DNA of 64,000 nucleotides, taken from assembly GCA_000004985.1 (NCBI GenBank), contig GG738927.1. One strand, 5' to 3'. This DNA comes from Naegleria gruberi (lineage: Eukaryota). The notes beneath the pieces were generated by a model, which saw only the letters and a program-made list of their open reading frames with translations, did no database searches and was not told the origin of the DNA. Position 1 is the stretch's first letter; each line of letters opens with the position of its first letter. The position numbers were made by a program, and so were the translations under genes. This document shows positions 32,489 through 43,635 of this stretch, one piece after another.

Positions 32489-33799
32489 ATGAACCAACAA
32501 GAAGGACCAAATTTTTCCCTCCTCGCTTCATCATCATCGGACAATAACTTTATCGGGATGAATACACCATCATCGTCATCATCAAATAATTCATCATCAT
32601 TATCATCATTATCAAATAATATTCATGTTTGCGTTACTGGCGCAACTGGCTTTATCGCCACTCATCTCGTCTATCAATTATTAGCAAAGGGATATATTGT
32701 ACATGCTACGGTTCGTTCCCTTGAAAGCGGAAGAAGAGAATTAATACAAAATATATTACAATTTGATCAGAAAAATTCAAAGGAGAAGGGAACAGGGTTA
32801 TTGGTGAGTAGGGAATTGATGGAGAAGAATTTGGTGTGTTTTGAGGCTGATTTGCTCAAGTCGGGAAGTTTTGAGAAGGTAATTAAGGGATGTCGATTTG
32901 TTCATCACACTGCTTCACCTTTTAAGGTTGATGTTAAGGATCCACAGAGAGATTTAGTTGATCCTGCATTGAAGGGAACTTTGAATGTGTTGCAAGAGTG
33001 TGTTAAATTGAGAAAGAGCCAATCCAGTACTGATCCAGCAAGATTACAGAGAATTATGTTGACTAGCTCTATTGCTTCTATTGTTGAAACATCTGTTCCT
33101 GGAAAGGTTTATGATGAAACTGATTGGAATCTTGATTCTTCTGTGAATAATAATCCATATCTCTATTCGAAGGTTGTTGCTGAAAAGGCTGCTTGGACTT
33201 TAATGCAAGATGCTCAAGCTAAGAATGGTGATGACTTTTTGGAGTTAGTGACCTTGTGTCCTGCTGTTGTTATTGGACCTCCAATTAATCCAAAACTTAT
33301 CAGTCAATCTCATGAAAGTATCATGTTGATGGCCAGAGGTGAATTCCCTGTTATTTTACCACTTGATTTTGCATTTGTTGATGTTAGAGATGTTTCCAAA
33401 GCTCATATCAATGCCATGGAAAAGAATATGGACGACAAGACATACTTTGCACCATCCAAGAAGCAACGTTTCGTTGTTTCAAATGGTGTCACAACCTCAA
33501 TGAAGGATTTGGTGAATCACATGAGAGAAGCATTCCCTAATCCACCATACAAATGGAACAAGAATTTGCCAACTATTAATTTGACTGGATATCTTGGAAT
33601 TGGTGTTGGTAAATTAGCTGCCTTGATTCAACCAAAAGGATTGAGACAATACTTGAACTCTGTGATGGGCAAACCACAATTCTTCAATAATAGCAAGATT
33701 AGGAATACTTTTAATTTGGACTTTATGAATTGGAAAGATAGTGTTACAGATTCTGTTAAATTTTTGGATGAAAATGGTTTCATCACTAGCAAGTTGTAA
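32489..33799 (+). CDS. NAD(P)-dependent epimerase/dehydratase family SDR (cinnamoyl-CoA reductase/3β-HSD-like) with a Ser/Asn-rich N-terminal extension
   Basis: Rossmann motif VCVTGATGFIATHLV. Catalytic YxxxK at YSKVVAEK. 436 aa. Confidence 0.7.
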   Translation: MNQQEGPNFSLLASSSSDNNFIGMNTPSSSSSNNSSSLSSLSNNIHVCVTGATGFIATHLVYQLLAKGYIVHATVRSLESGRRELIQNILQFDQKNSKEKGTGLLVSRELMEKNLVCFEADLLKSGSFEKVIKGCRFVHHTASPFKVDVKDPQRDLVDPALKGTLNVLQECVKLRKSQSSTDPARLQRIMLTSSIASIVETSVPGKVYDETDWNLDSSVNNNPYLYSKVVAEKAAWTLMQDAQAKNGDDFLELVTLCPAVVIGPPINPKLISQSHESIMLMARGEFPVILPLDFAFVDVRDVSKAHINAMEKNMDDKTYFAPSKKQRFVVSNGVTTSMKDLVNHMREAFPNPPYKWNKNLPTINLTGYLGIGVGKLAALIQPKGLRQYLNSVMGKPQFFNNSKIRNTFNLDFMNWKDSVTDSVKFLDENGFITSKL

Positions 33800-34086
33800 T
33801 TTTATTAAAGTGTTTGTTGATGCACAAAATTGATAAAGACTAAGATTTTTGATTGTTGTGGAATTTTAAATCCTATCCGAGATTTCTGTTCTAGCTCCTC
33901 ATGCATTCCAAGGTAGAGGGAAAGAGTTTCAAAGAGCTATTGTGATGGAAAGAAGTAAACAATAGCATGTCTCTGTTCAATTAGGTGCATAATTTTGTTT
34001 TCTAACAAATAAACTTGCTTCCGTAATGCTTACAAGGAATTCACACTTGCCAATTACTTGTACAAGCAAATCAAAGAAAGGAAAAA

Positions 34087-37000
34087 ATGTATTCAAACAA
34101 CAACAAGTGTCATTGTGGTTTAATTGCCAAGCAAGGAACGACCTCGAAGGGAGAAAATCAGGGTAGAAAGTACACCTCCTGTTCTAAAAGTATGACTGAT
34201 AAGAGTCGATGCAAATTCTTCAAGTGGTTAGATTCATCAGAACAAACAGCAACAACCAACATATCATCTTCTTCATCATCCTTCAAAAGCAATAGCAAAT
34301 TACAGCACAGTGAGCAGGCTTTTGATGATACTTTGAACAAGACGATACAATTGATGAATAGAGTGCTTCCTTCTTCCTTGTTATCATCAACAAGTGGTTC
34401 TTCTTCTTCATCATCAAATAACAAGTCTCCTTCCAACAACACTAATAGCCAGTGCTCATCTCTCACACTCTCACAATTGTGCTCCAGTATGGAAGACTTG
34501 AATATTGACAAAGATCTTTCAAAGCCTTCTTCTTCTCAAGCTATTGATAGAGACTTCATATTGAATGATAGTCTTTTTCCTTCTTCTTCTTCAGAAGCAA
34601 GCAAGAATAGTCTTCCTCTGATTGGAAACAATCAGCATAAAGGAGGAACATCATCTTCATCGTTACCAAATTCTCTCCTTGAAGAATGTATGCAAAAGGA
34701 ATTAAATAGCAAACAATTGGAGGCTGTCTGTGCTAGCGAACATGATTGTGTATGTGTTTATAGTGGACCGGGATCTGGTAAGACAAAGGTAAGTTGTTGT
34801 TATTATTGGATGGTAGAGGGAATTAATAATTAATTATTTGATGAATATTCATCTTGTGATGATGTGATGAATTTTTTTTTAATTTTTATTTAATTTTTTT
34901 AAAAAATTCATAACGGTCATGGATCCAAATTTTAGACCATCACCAACAGGATTGCCTACTTGTGTATTGTTAAAGGAATTGAACCAAGGAATGTATTTGC
35001 CATGACTTTTACTAACAAGGCTGCTCAGGAGATGAAAACAAGACTTGTTCACCTTGTGAAATTGTACGATTTTCAAAAGAGAATTAATGCAAAGGATTTC
35101 AGTCATATTGGAACGTTTCATGCAGTTTGTGCTAATATTTTGAGAAATGAGATGCATCATTTGACTCGTATTGTTGGATTGGATCAGAAATTTATGATAT
35201 TTGATTCGGAAGAGCAGCTGTCATAATTAGGAGCTTGTACAAGTCATCAACTAATCATTCCATTAGAAGNNNNNNNNNNNNNNNNNNNNNNNNNNNNNNN
35301 NNNNNNNNNNNNNNNNNNNCTTTTAAAAAATTCGTAACGGTCATTGTAAACTTTGGGTGGATCCAAATTTTAGACCATCACCTACAGGATTGCCTACTTG
35401 TGTATTGTTAAAGGAATTGAACCAAGGAATGTATTTGCCATGACTTTTACTAACAAGGCTGCTCAGGAGATGAAAACAAGACTTGTTCACCTTGTGAAAT
35501 TGTACGATTTTCAAATTAATGCAAAGGATTTCAAGACTTGTTCACCTTGTGAAATTGTACGATTTTCAAATTAATGCAAAGGATTTCAGTCATATTGGAA
35601 CGTTTCATGCAGTTTGTGCTAATATTTTGAGAAATGAGATGCATCATTTGACTCGTCTTGTTGGATTGGATCAGAAATTTATGATATTTGATTCGGAAGA
35701 GCAGCTGTCAATAATTAGGAGCTTGTACAAGTCATCAACTAATCATTTCATTAGAAGTTTACTTCCATTGAGTTTGTCTTTGGAGGATATGGAGAAGAAA
35801 CTCTCTCCAACTCTAGTTTTACAAACGATATCACGATGTAAGAATCAACAGGTTTCAGCTGATGAATATTCGAAAGCATTCCATCAAGAAATTGAGGAAA
35901 CGGTCATTGCTGAACTATTTGTAGAATATCAACAGTATTTATCGAAACACAATGGGGTGGATTTTGATGATTTATTGCTTCATGTTGTGTACTTGTTTGA
36001 AAAATTCCCTCTAGTGAGAGAAAAGTATGCCAATCAATGTGAAGTATTATTGGTCGATGAATTTCAAGATATCAACAAGTTACAATACAAGATTGCCATG
36101 CATTTGAACTCAAAGAGGAAGAACATCTTCTTGGTTGGTGATTCCGATCAAAACATTTACACTTTCAGATTCAGTGATAGCTCAATAATGCGGGAAGTTA
36201 TCAAAAAGTATGAGAAGGAGGGAAAGAGCATGAAAGTCATCATGATGAATGAAAACTATCGATCCACAAGAAGTATTGTCCAATTTTCAGACAAAATAAT
36301 AGCTAGCAATTCTAACAGATTAAGAACTATCAGCTCTACCACTTCAAACACCACGGGTTTACCAGTTTCGATAGTCAGTTGCTCTGATGAAGCCGAGTTC
36401 ATTACAAATGAAATTGTAAAACTCACAAACATGAATAACAACATTCAATATTGCGACTTTGCAATCCTTATCAGAGTCAACTCTGCTTCTCGAGTATTCG
36501 AAGACATTTTTGATAGGAAAAAGTTGCCTTACAGAATTTTGAATTCCACAAGATTTTACGACTCTATGGAAGTGAAAGATATTCTTTCCTATGCAAAAGC
36601 TATTGCAAATCCAGATAATGATCACTTCCTGTTGAGCTGTGTGAATGTTCCAAGAAGATGCATCACTGAGGAGACAAAGTCCAAGTTGATAAAGCTTGCA
36701 GCTCAGAATAAGATGTCTCTGAGGTCAATTATCAAGAATCATAACAAGGAAATTGCTGGACATCTAGGAGCCAATGAGTTACAAACACTCATTTCCACAA
36801 TAGATTTTATCGAAAAGTCTCAAATTAATCTTCATTCTCCTTCAACTATTATGCAAGATATTATTCGGGTGATTGATTATGAATCCTACTTGAAATTCAC
36901 ACAGAAGAATATGTTCGAAACAAGATGGGAGAATTTGAAAGAGTTAATTAACATGTGTCAAGAATTTGAGTCCAAATCAACCATTCCCTCAATTTCATCA

Positions 37001-38257
37001 TTTTTACAAAGCATTTCAATTTCCACAGAGATGGAACCAATTTCAAAAGATTCATCAAATTCCATTACAATTTCCACAATCCATGCAGCCAAAGGTTTAG
37101 AATTTGGAATTGTATTTGTGGCAGGAGTTGAGAAGGGAAATATTCCATACTACAAAGCTCAGGAAAAGAATGAAATAGAGGAAGAGAGAAGATTACTGTT
37201 CGTTGCCTGTACAAGGGCTCAGTCCTTACTCTGTTTAACCAATTCCAAAACAAGATTCAGACTTGGAAAGAGTTACAACACTCAGAGTTCTGAGTTTTTG
37301 AGCATAATTCTCTCTAATCAATTCACATTCTATTCTAATTCATCATTAGCGACTCTATTGAGTGATAATTCCATATCTCAATTAAGATATGAGACTATTA
37401 ATCATTTAGTAGCTTGCAGAGACAAGAAATCTAAACAAAATCTTTCTTCCTCCTCGGATATTCTGACAAAAGATCTGAAACGAGTTAAAAATATGGAAAG
37501 TTTCGAACCTACAACCGAATCAAGCAACGTTCCAGAATATTGGTTCAATAAGGAACGATTCAAGATTGTGGACGTAACAGATACTATGAAATTAACCATT
37601 CAAGACTTGATGGATAATTCATGTGAAAAGAAAACTCTTGGAAGTGGAAAGGATCAAACGTATTTCAAGAAACAATACACTCAATTGGAAGTTATCAAAG
37701 TGGAACGAGTTGAAAATCCAAATCTCTACGGATTATATCAAGCCAAACAATCTCAAATGAAATCTTTCAAGGATAATCCCCAACCCATCCCAGTCAAAAC
37801 TGTGGAAAAAGTTCCACCCAACTCAACAGCCAAAACCTGGATTCAAAGTGTAAAATTATGCCAACAAGTTAATGAAAAATTCTTTTGGCACGGCACTGAT
37901 TCACAAGTTGTGAGCATTATTTGTGAACATGGTTTAGATGCAAGAGTGAGCTCACTTTCTGGACTATTCGGTGCAGGAATTTATTTTGCAGAATATTGTT
38001 CCAAGAGTGATCAATACTGCTCGCCAACGAATGATCTTTTTCACATGTTTCTCTGTCGAGTCATGATTGGTAATCAAATTGAAACTCTTGAAAAGGGAAA
38101 ATCTCTCAATAATATTCGAAGACCAAGTGTCATTCCAAACACCAATGGACGAACATTTGATAGTATTCTAGGAAAACCAAACATGTACAAGGAATTTGTA
38201 GTTTACGATAGTTGCCAATGCTATCCAGAATTTCTAATTACTTATAAAAGGAAATAA
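34087..38257 (+). CDS. Fusion protein: N-terminal GRF-type zinc finger, UvrD/PcrA-like SF1 helicase, and a C-terminal PARP (ADP-ribosyltransferase, H-Y-E) catalytic domain. Two exons: 34087..34788 and 35374..38257
   Basis: GRF: [26 protein letters not shown]...CKFFKWL. Helicase motifs: GPGSGKT (I), [16 protein letters not shown] (Ia), [11 protein letters not shown] (II), NYRSTRSIV (IV), [16 protein letters not shown] (V), FVACTRAQ (VI). Exon junction: GKTK + TITYRIAYL...TFTNKAA aligns to UvrD GKTRVLTHRIAWL...TFTNKAA. PARP: [11 protein letters not shown]...[17 protein letters not shown]...MYKEFVVYD...YPEFLITY, compared with PARP1 LLWHGS...GKGIYFADMVSKSANYC...YNEYIVYD. The intron 34789..35373 (GTAAGT...TTTAG) contains a 50-N gap and a duplicated exon-2 copy. 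Confidence 0.75.
34880..35760. repeat. Near-identical duplicated segment (about 390 bp × 2) on either side of a 50-N gap. Probable haplotype/assembly duplication of helicase exon 2
   Basis: 34880-35269 and 35320-35760 match except for a few substitutions and a 1-nt indel. A local 45-bp tandem duplication lies at 35500-35590. Confidence 0.7.
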
Positions 38258-38450
38258 AAATGATATCAAACTAGAAATTGAACATAACTGATTGGACATG
38301 CACTCCATTCCTTACCTCCACTGACTCCATATTTCCAAATCCATATGCGAACAAATGTTAAAATTTAATATTTATTCATTCTTTCGTGCGTTCAAATTTT
38401 GAGTTGAAATTCTCCCGCCAAAATGTAACCAAAAATCTCATCAAAAAAAA

Positions 38451-41400
38451 ATGGAACAACGACCAAACGAAGAGCACGTGCTGAAGGAAGCATCGACGAC
38501 GTGTTCGTTATTATCATCATCATCACTATCATCAGCTTTTCGGAAAGTATCAGGAGGTGAAGAAGGAATGAATTTGAATGATTCATCGTCATCTTCTACG
38601 AGTACATGCAATAATAATCATAATAATTGTAATCGACGACATCGTCATTATCAAGAGGGAGGGCTTTCGGCATTGCCTAATGAAATTTATTTACATATAT
38701 TTTCATTTGCACTTGATCCATTTTCTCTAATCGGAAGTGTGGCTAGTATTAGACATGTGAACAAATGTTGGTTTGAATTGACGGAATCGGAATTCTTTTG
38801 GAAGGAAATTGTTATTAGATTGTTGAGACAAAAGATGATGGTGGAGAGTACGGAAGATGGTGTTGATACTCAGCAGAAGGAGGATATTGAACAATTGAAT
38901 GCAGAATATGAGGAATTGAGTAATAATTATGAAGATTTTGATGAATTTATGCAAGAATTATCGAATAGGTTTTACAAGACACATGAATTTATTGATAATT
39001 TGATATATAATACTAGAACGAGCAGATACTCGGTATTTTATAAGAAGAATGATCGATTTATTGGATGGAAAAAGTATGATGATGTGGAAAGTATTGAAGA
39101 ATATGATTCAGAGGAAGAAGGAGATGATATTAATGTGGGACCAAATCTTTTCGATAAATCCAAGGAATGGATAGATAGTTGCGGAGAGGAGCATCATACA
39201 GGAAATGTATTATTGCAAGCATGTTTGGAAATCATTTTAGGCCATGAGATGGTAGAACATTTGGGAATGAAATCGTGTGGAGTTTTCATTCAACAATTTT
39301 TCTCAAAGCTTTTCGAACCAGCAATCAAAATGATTAAAACACAGAAAGAGGCAGGAACCAAGTTGAATGTGGTGGAATTGGAAAAAACTCCAATCTTGAA
39401 TAGAAACCTACTCAACTTCATCAAGGAAAATGGAAGATGCTCCAAATTATTCCAGCAAAAAATTACAAATAATTGGAATCTTTTTGATGAACATTACTGT
39501 ACAATACCAAGGCAGTATATTCTCTTTATGGTTGAACATTTTTCGAGAGTTAAAGTCAGAGAGGGAGCATGTGAAATGAATGCAGTTAAATACATTTGCA
39601 AATCTCTCAGAGATTGTGGAATTAAAATCGAGGACTTGTGCTTTATAGGTGACAATGTAATGCCAAACTTTGAGTACACAAATGGATTGAGGTCTATGGT
39701 AAGATCTGGAAGTGGTGTTTTCTTATTGACTCATTTGGCAGTTTGGACAGAAAATTACGAGCTATTGGACTGGGCATTAACAGTGAAAAATAAGGAAGGA
39801 GATGTTACTCTGTATGATTTAGTAACCTCAACCCTGGCAGAGCATATTAATGCAGATCAAATGGACCACATAGATAGAGTTATTCCAAAAGATCTCACTG
39901 TAAAGTCGTACATTATGGCTCATCTTTCACCTGTTGAAGTGAAAACATACCTTCTCAATGAAGCTGTCATGATGAACAATGTGGAGATGGTAAGGCACTT
40001 GTGTGACAAGTATTTGTGTAATCCATTTGGACCTTGGGAACACAAGTATTCCTCTCCTTTGCAGTATGCTCTGATGCAAAGTATGCACGCCTCACTCTCC
40101 AAACATAATAACGAACAAAAGATTGTGGAAATTTTCGAGAAAAAGTATGGACACTCTGATAATTACAAAACTGAAATAGAAATTGCTAAAAAACTGAGTG
40201 CACAACGGAGAGTAACCTCAGAGACATGCTCATTGTGTTCTTGCTTGACCAGTGATAAAACTGCATTGGCTTACGAGAAAAAGTATGGAGGTGTCTACAA
40301 ACCAAATATTGAGGAAGAGAATTATGAACATGTTGAAATGAAACGAAATTTCGTATTAGAAGAAGAGACAATAGCGCCTGTGATTTCACTTGATGTACCA
40401 GGGGTACCATATGATGGTACTGAGTCAGATGAGGATGATACCGAAGAGTGCATGTCAATTCCATGGCTTCGTCACTATGTTCATAATAAGAAGAGAAAGA
40501 GAGCTCACAATGATCCAGTTATTGACACTATAATTAAGGAAAAGGAAATAATGGGACCAGTGACGGACATTGTATCGAACTTTGAGAGTGTCAATGAGCA
40601 TACTGACTTTGCTGATGATTTCTATATAGAGGTCAAAGCTCTAAATAGGACATGGGATCGCAGCAAGAGGATTAAATTAGATGAAGATGCACCAAACGAG
40701 AAGTTTACCACTACTAGAGACTCTCTCTGTTTTTCTAAACTTAATTTTAGAGAAGTAGTCCAAGCAGAATTAAGAAGACAAAAAACGGATGTCTTTCTCA
40801 GTCCACATGCAAAAATGTTGGTCCAACAAGCTGCAGAAGATTTTATTGAACATCAAATCTATCGTCTCAATAATGAAATGACCTATGGAGAGCCATCTGA
40901 TACTCAGACTGGCCGAGCCAAGACATTATTTACTGATAAGTTTACGGGAACACTGTACTTCCGATATCAATTCTTTAGAAATTGTGAAATTCATGATCAG
41001 CTTTCAACATTTGCCTTTGGAAAACATAATCTAGTATTTGAGGAAATTGTAAAACTTCTTAATGCCTTGATAGAGGAAGAGGAAGATGACGAAGAGGATG
41101 ATTTGGATTATCCATGTGATCATCTCTCTGTTAATTCTGATGATTCCATGTTATCATGCACTGCCTTAGAGTTTGGAGAAAATCATGAAGAGGGATTATT
41201 CAGAATGCCAAAGAACTTTATGGTTTACACTGATTTGGAGAATTTAAAATATTCTAAATCATTTGTTGGAGATGATGGTTATGAGAGAATTCTTGCTACT
41301 GAGATTCATCAAAACACAAAACATCACATTGTCACAAGTTCTGATCCTAAACTAATTACTAGTTGGGCTGACAATATTACAATCCATGATTCTGGAAACG

Positions 41401-41456
41401 AACATAACTTGTATGAAACTAAATTATTACAATCTCAACTCGAAAAAAATAGATAA
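38451..41456 (+). CDS. F-box-like protein (1001 aa) with an acidic stretch and a possible C-terminal histone-fold-like segment
   Basis: F-box-like LPNEIYLHIFSFALDPFSLIGSVASIRHVNKCW. Acidic run EEEEDDEEDD. LSPHAKMLVQQAAEDFIEHQI is only weakly histone-fold-like. Confidence 0.45.
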   Translation: MEQRPNEEHVLKEASTTCSLLSSSSLSSAFRKVSGGEEGMNLNDSSSSSTSTCNNNHNNCNRRHRHYQEGGLSALPNEIYLHIFSFALDPFSLIGSVASIRHVNKCWFELTESEFFWKEIVIRLLRQKMMVESTEDGVDTQQKEDIEQLNAEYEELSNNYEDFDEFMQELSNRFYKTHEFIDNLIYNTRTSRYSVFYKKNDRFIGWKKYDDVESIEEYDSEEEGDDINVGPNLFDKSKEWIDSCGEEHHTGNVLLQACLEIILGHEMVEHLGMKSCGVFIQQFFSKLFEPAIKMIKTQKEAGTKLNVVELEKTPILNRNLLNFIKENGRCSKLFQQKITNNWNLFDEHYCTIPRQYILFMVEHFSRVKVREGACEMNAVKYICKSLRDCGIKIEDLCFIGDNVMPNFEYTNGLRSMVRSGSGVFLLTHLAVWTENYELLDWALTVKNKEGDVTLYDLVTSTLAEHINADQMDHIDRVIPKDLTVKSYIMAHLSPVEVKTYLLNEAVMMNNVEMVRHLCDKYLCNPFGPWEHKYSSPLQYALMQSMHASLSKHNNEQKIVEIFEKKYGHSDNYKTEIEIAKKLSAQRRVTSETCSLCSCLTSDKTALAYEKKYGGVYKPNIEEENYEHVEMKRNFVLEEETIAPVISLDVPGVPYDGTESDEDDTEECMSIPWLRHYVHNKKRKRAHNDPVIDTIIKEKEIMGPVTDIVSNFESVNEHTDFADDFYIEVKALNRTWDRSKRIKLDEDAPNEKFTTTRDSLCFSKLNFREVVQAELRRQKTDVFLSPHAKMLVQQAAEDFIEHQIYRLNNEMTYGEPSDTQTGRAKTLFTDKFTGTLYFRYQFFRNCEIHDQLSTFAFGKHNLVFEEIVKLLNALIEEEEDDEEDDLDYPCDHLSVNSDDSMLSCTALEFGENHEEGLFRMPKNFMVYTDLENLKYSKSFVGDDGYERILATEIHQNTKHHIVTSSDPKLITSWADNITIHDSGNEHNLYETKLLQSQLEKNR

Positions 41457-41497
41457 TAATTTGTTTTATTCAATAAAATCAATTTAAGAGCAAAAGT

Positions 41498-43551
41498 TCA
41501 AAATTGTGATATATTACTCTTTTTTGCTGTTGCTAACAATAGTTTCAGTCTATTACTTTTTGTTGTTATGAAAACTGGGAGATTGAATAAGTCAAGTTTT
41601 TCCAAAACCCAATACCACTCAACAAAATGACAATGATTAGTTTTTTCGTCTTCGATTTGAATTTCCACTAATTTGAAAAAATTTAAGATTACTTCCTCAG
41701 ATATTTGTTCGGCATCAAGCAAAATACTGGTATTTAACTTTAATTTGTCCGCCAAATCATAAATATCAGAGTGAAAATGAGCTAACCGGTACTTAGCAAG
41801 GAAGCATATTCATCCATATATACATGTAGCTTGATGTTGTTGAGCAAGTGGTCTATAATTTCTTGAGGTATCAATAACAAACCTGTCTCAACAAAGTGTT
41901 TGATCAAAATATCAGCCAGAAGAAAATGATGATGCATAGCATTCGATAAGGCAAGTATGGTTGCATAAATCTCATCACTGTATTTGCTTGCCTGAGCTAA
42001 ATCGACAAATGGTGAAGGAAGTGTTACGTGAGCGGTTATACAGTAATTAATAATATCCTCAATAGGAAGTTTTTCAAGTAATCTCTTATCTTGTTTAGCA
42101 ATTAAATTAGCTGCTTGTAAAAGAAAATCCACATTGTCTTTCAAATTATTTGAGATTGAGTAGGGTAATATTTCTTCAATTTTTTCGAAGAATTGTAATG
42201 ATTGTTCCTTGATATTTTCATTCTTGTCAAAACATTTGAAGGCAGCATGAGCCATTCTAATTGTGTATCGAGATGGACTTTTCATTACTCTTTCAAATAT
42301 CTCATCAAAAATATACTTTAAATCTGAGCCATATTCATTCCTAAGCAAAAGGTTTGAGACACATTTAGATGATTCCTCTTGAATTTGTTCGTTCGTATTA
42401 TCCAACAATTGAAAAAGAACTGGTATTAAGATCAAAGAAAAGTATGCTGTGAAATTGTTAAACCCCAAAAAATCCAGACATTCCAATATTACATCATCTT
42501 CAGCACTAACCATTGTATACGAAAGAACTCTAATTAACTTGGAACCTAAATATAATTTAGAGTCCCCAAACTTGAAAAAAGCTAACAGTTTTCTTATTCT
42601 CATTTTGTTGGAGGTGTTGCTCTGGTTTGAAGAATCATTGTCTAGCACTGAAAGATCGTATGATACCTCCTCAATGAGTTGATCTTTGCAATGGATAAAG
42701 AAACTATTACGCAGAGCAGTTTTTAACGATTTTAACTTTTTAGTATTTTCGACTGGGAAATGTTGGTATGCTATCTTGGCCAAAGTGTTTTTGAATGTCT
42801 TATTAAAAATGTCAAGGGGTATATTGAAAAGTTCGTTGACTAACGTATAATCCATGGCAGTCATTACTATTTGTTTGTCCTCCCAATTTCTTTTATCATA
42901 ATATCGTATAATAAACAGATAGAAGCTGAAATGTTCTGATAGGAAATATTTACGTATCGATTCAGTAAATACGACAAGTAGTCCAATTTTCCATTCTGGC
43001 ATCTTGAGTGATTGTTGAAAAACAATCATGTTATCAGTTGTATTACTTTGAATTGTTCTCCAATCAAAACACTTTCGCATCACCTCATCCAAATAATAGA
43101 AATGTTTGAAAAAACAATTATTCAAACGCTGTTCAATACTTTCAGCTCCTATCTTTCTAAAAGCTGCAATACCTAACGCCAATAATTTGTAATTTCTTAC
43201 CATTTCATCATCATCTTCCAAACTAAAATTTTGCAAATATTCAAATTGAGGGAAACGTTCATCAAGCCAAAATGGTGTTTCTCCTAAATGATTGATCTTC
43301 ATGAATATCCTTTTTAAATGCTCCGAAATGGCACACCAATAATCATAATCATCATTTAATTCATCTTTATCAACTAAATCATTACTAAGAATTTGTAACA
43401 AGCCTTGTTTTAATTTGCTGAACAATTCTTCTATCGGAGCGGTTGGTGTATTGATAATTTTATCCCTAATAAGGGGAACCATCTTTTCAAAGCTTTTAAG
43501 TTTTTCTTCTTCCGATCTTTTCAAACGATCCCGTGCACGATGTGAAGACAT
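41498..43551 (-). CDS. Hypothetical helical-repeat (HEAT/ARM-like) protein. The two track ORFs (41782..43551 and 41498..41755) probably form one gene
   Basis: 589-aa plus 85-aa ORFs on the same strand, 26 nt apart. The frame switch is consistent with a 32-nt GTATAT..AAG intron or an indel. ATG at 43551. Confidence 0.4.
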
Positions 43552-43635
43552 TTTTTTGATTTTTTAAAAGATGTACAAAGTTTTTTGGCGGGGTTTTTTG
43601 TTGTTCCAGTGCTTATTGGAAGTTGTATCTTGACT

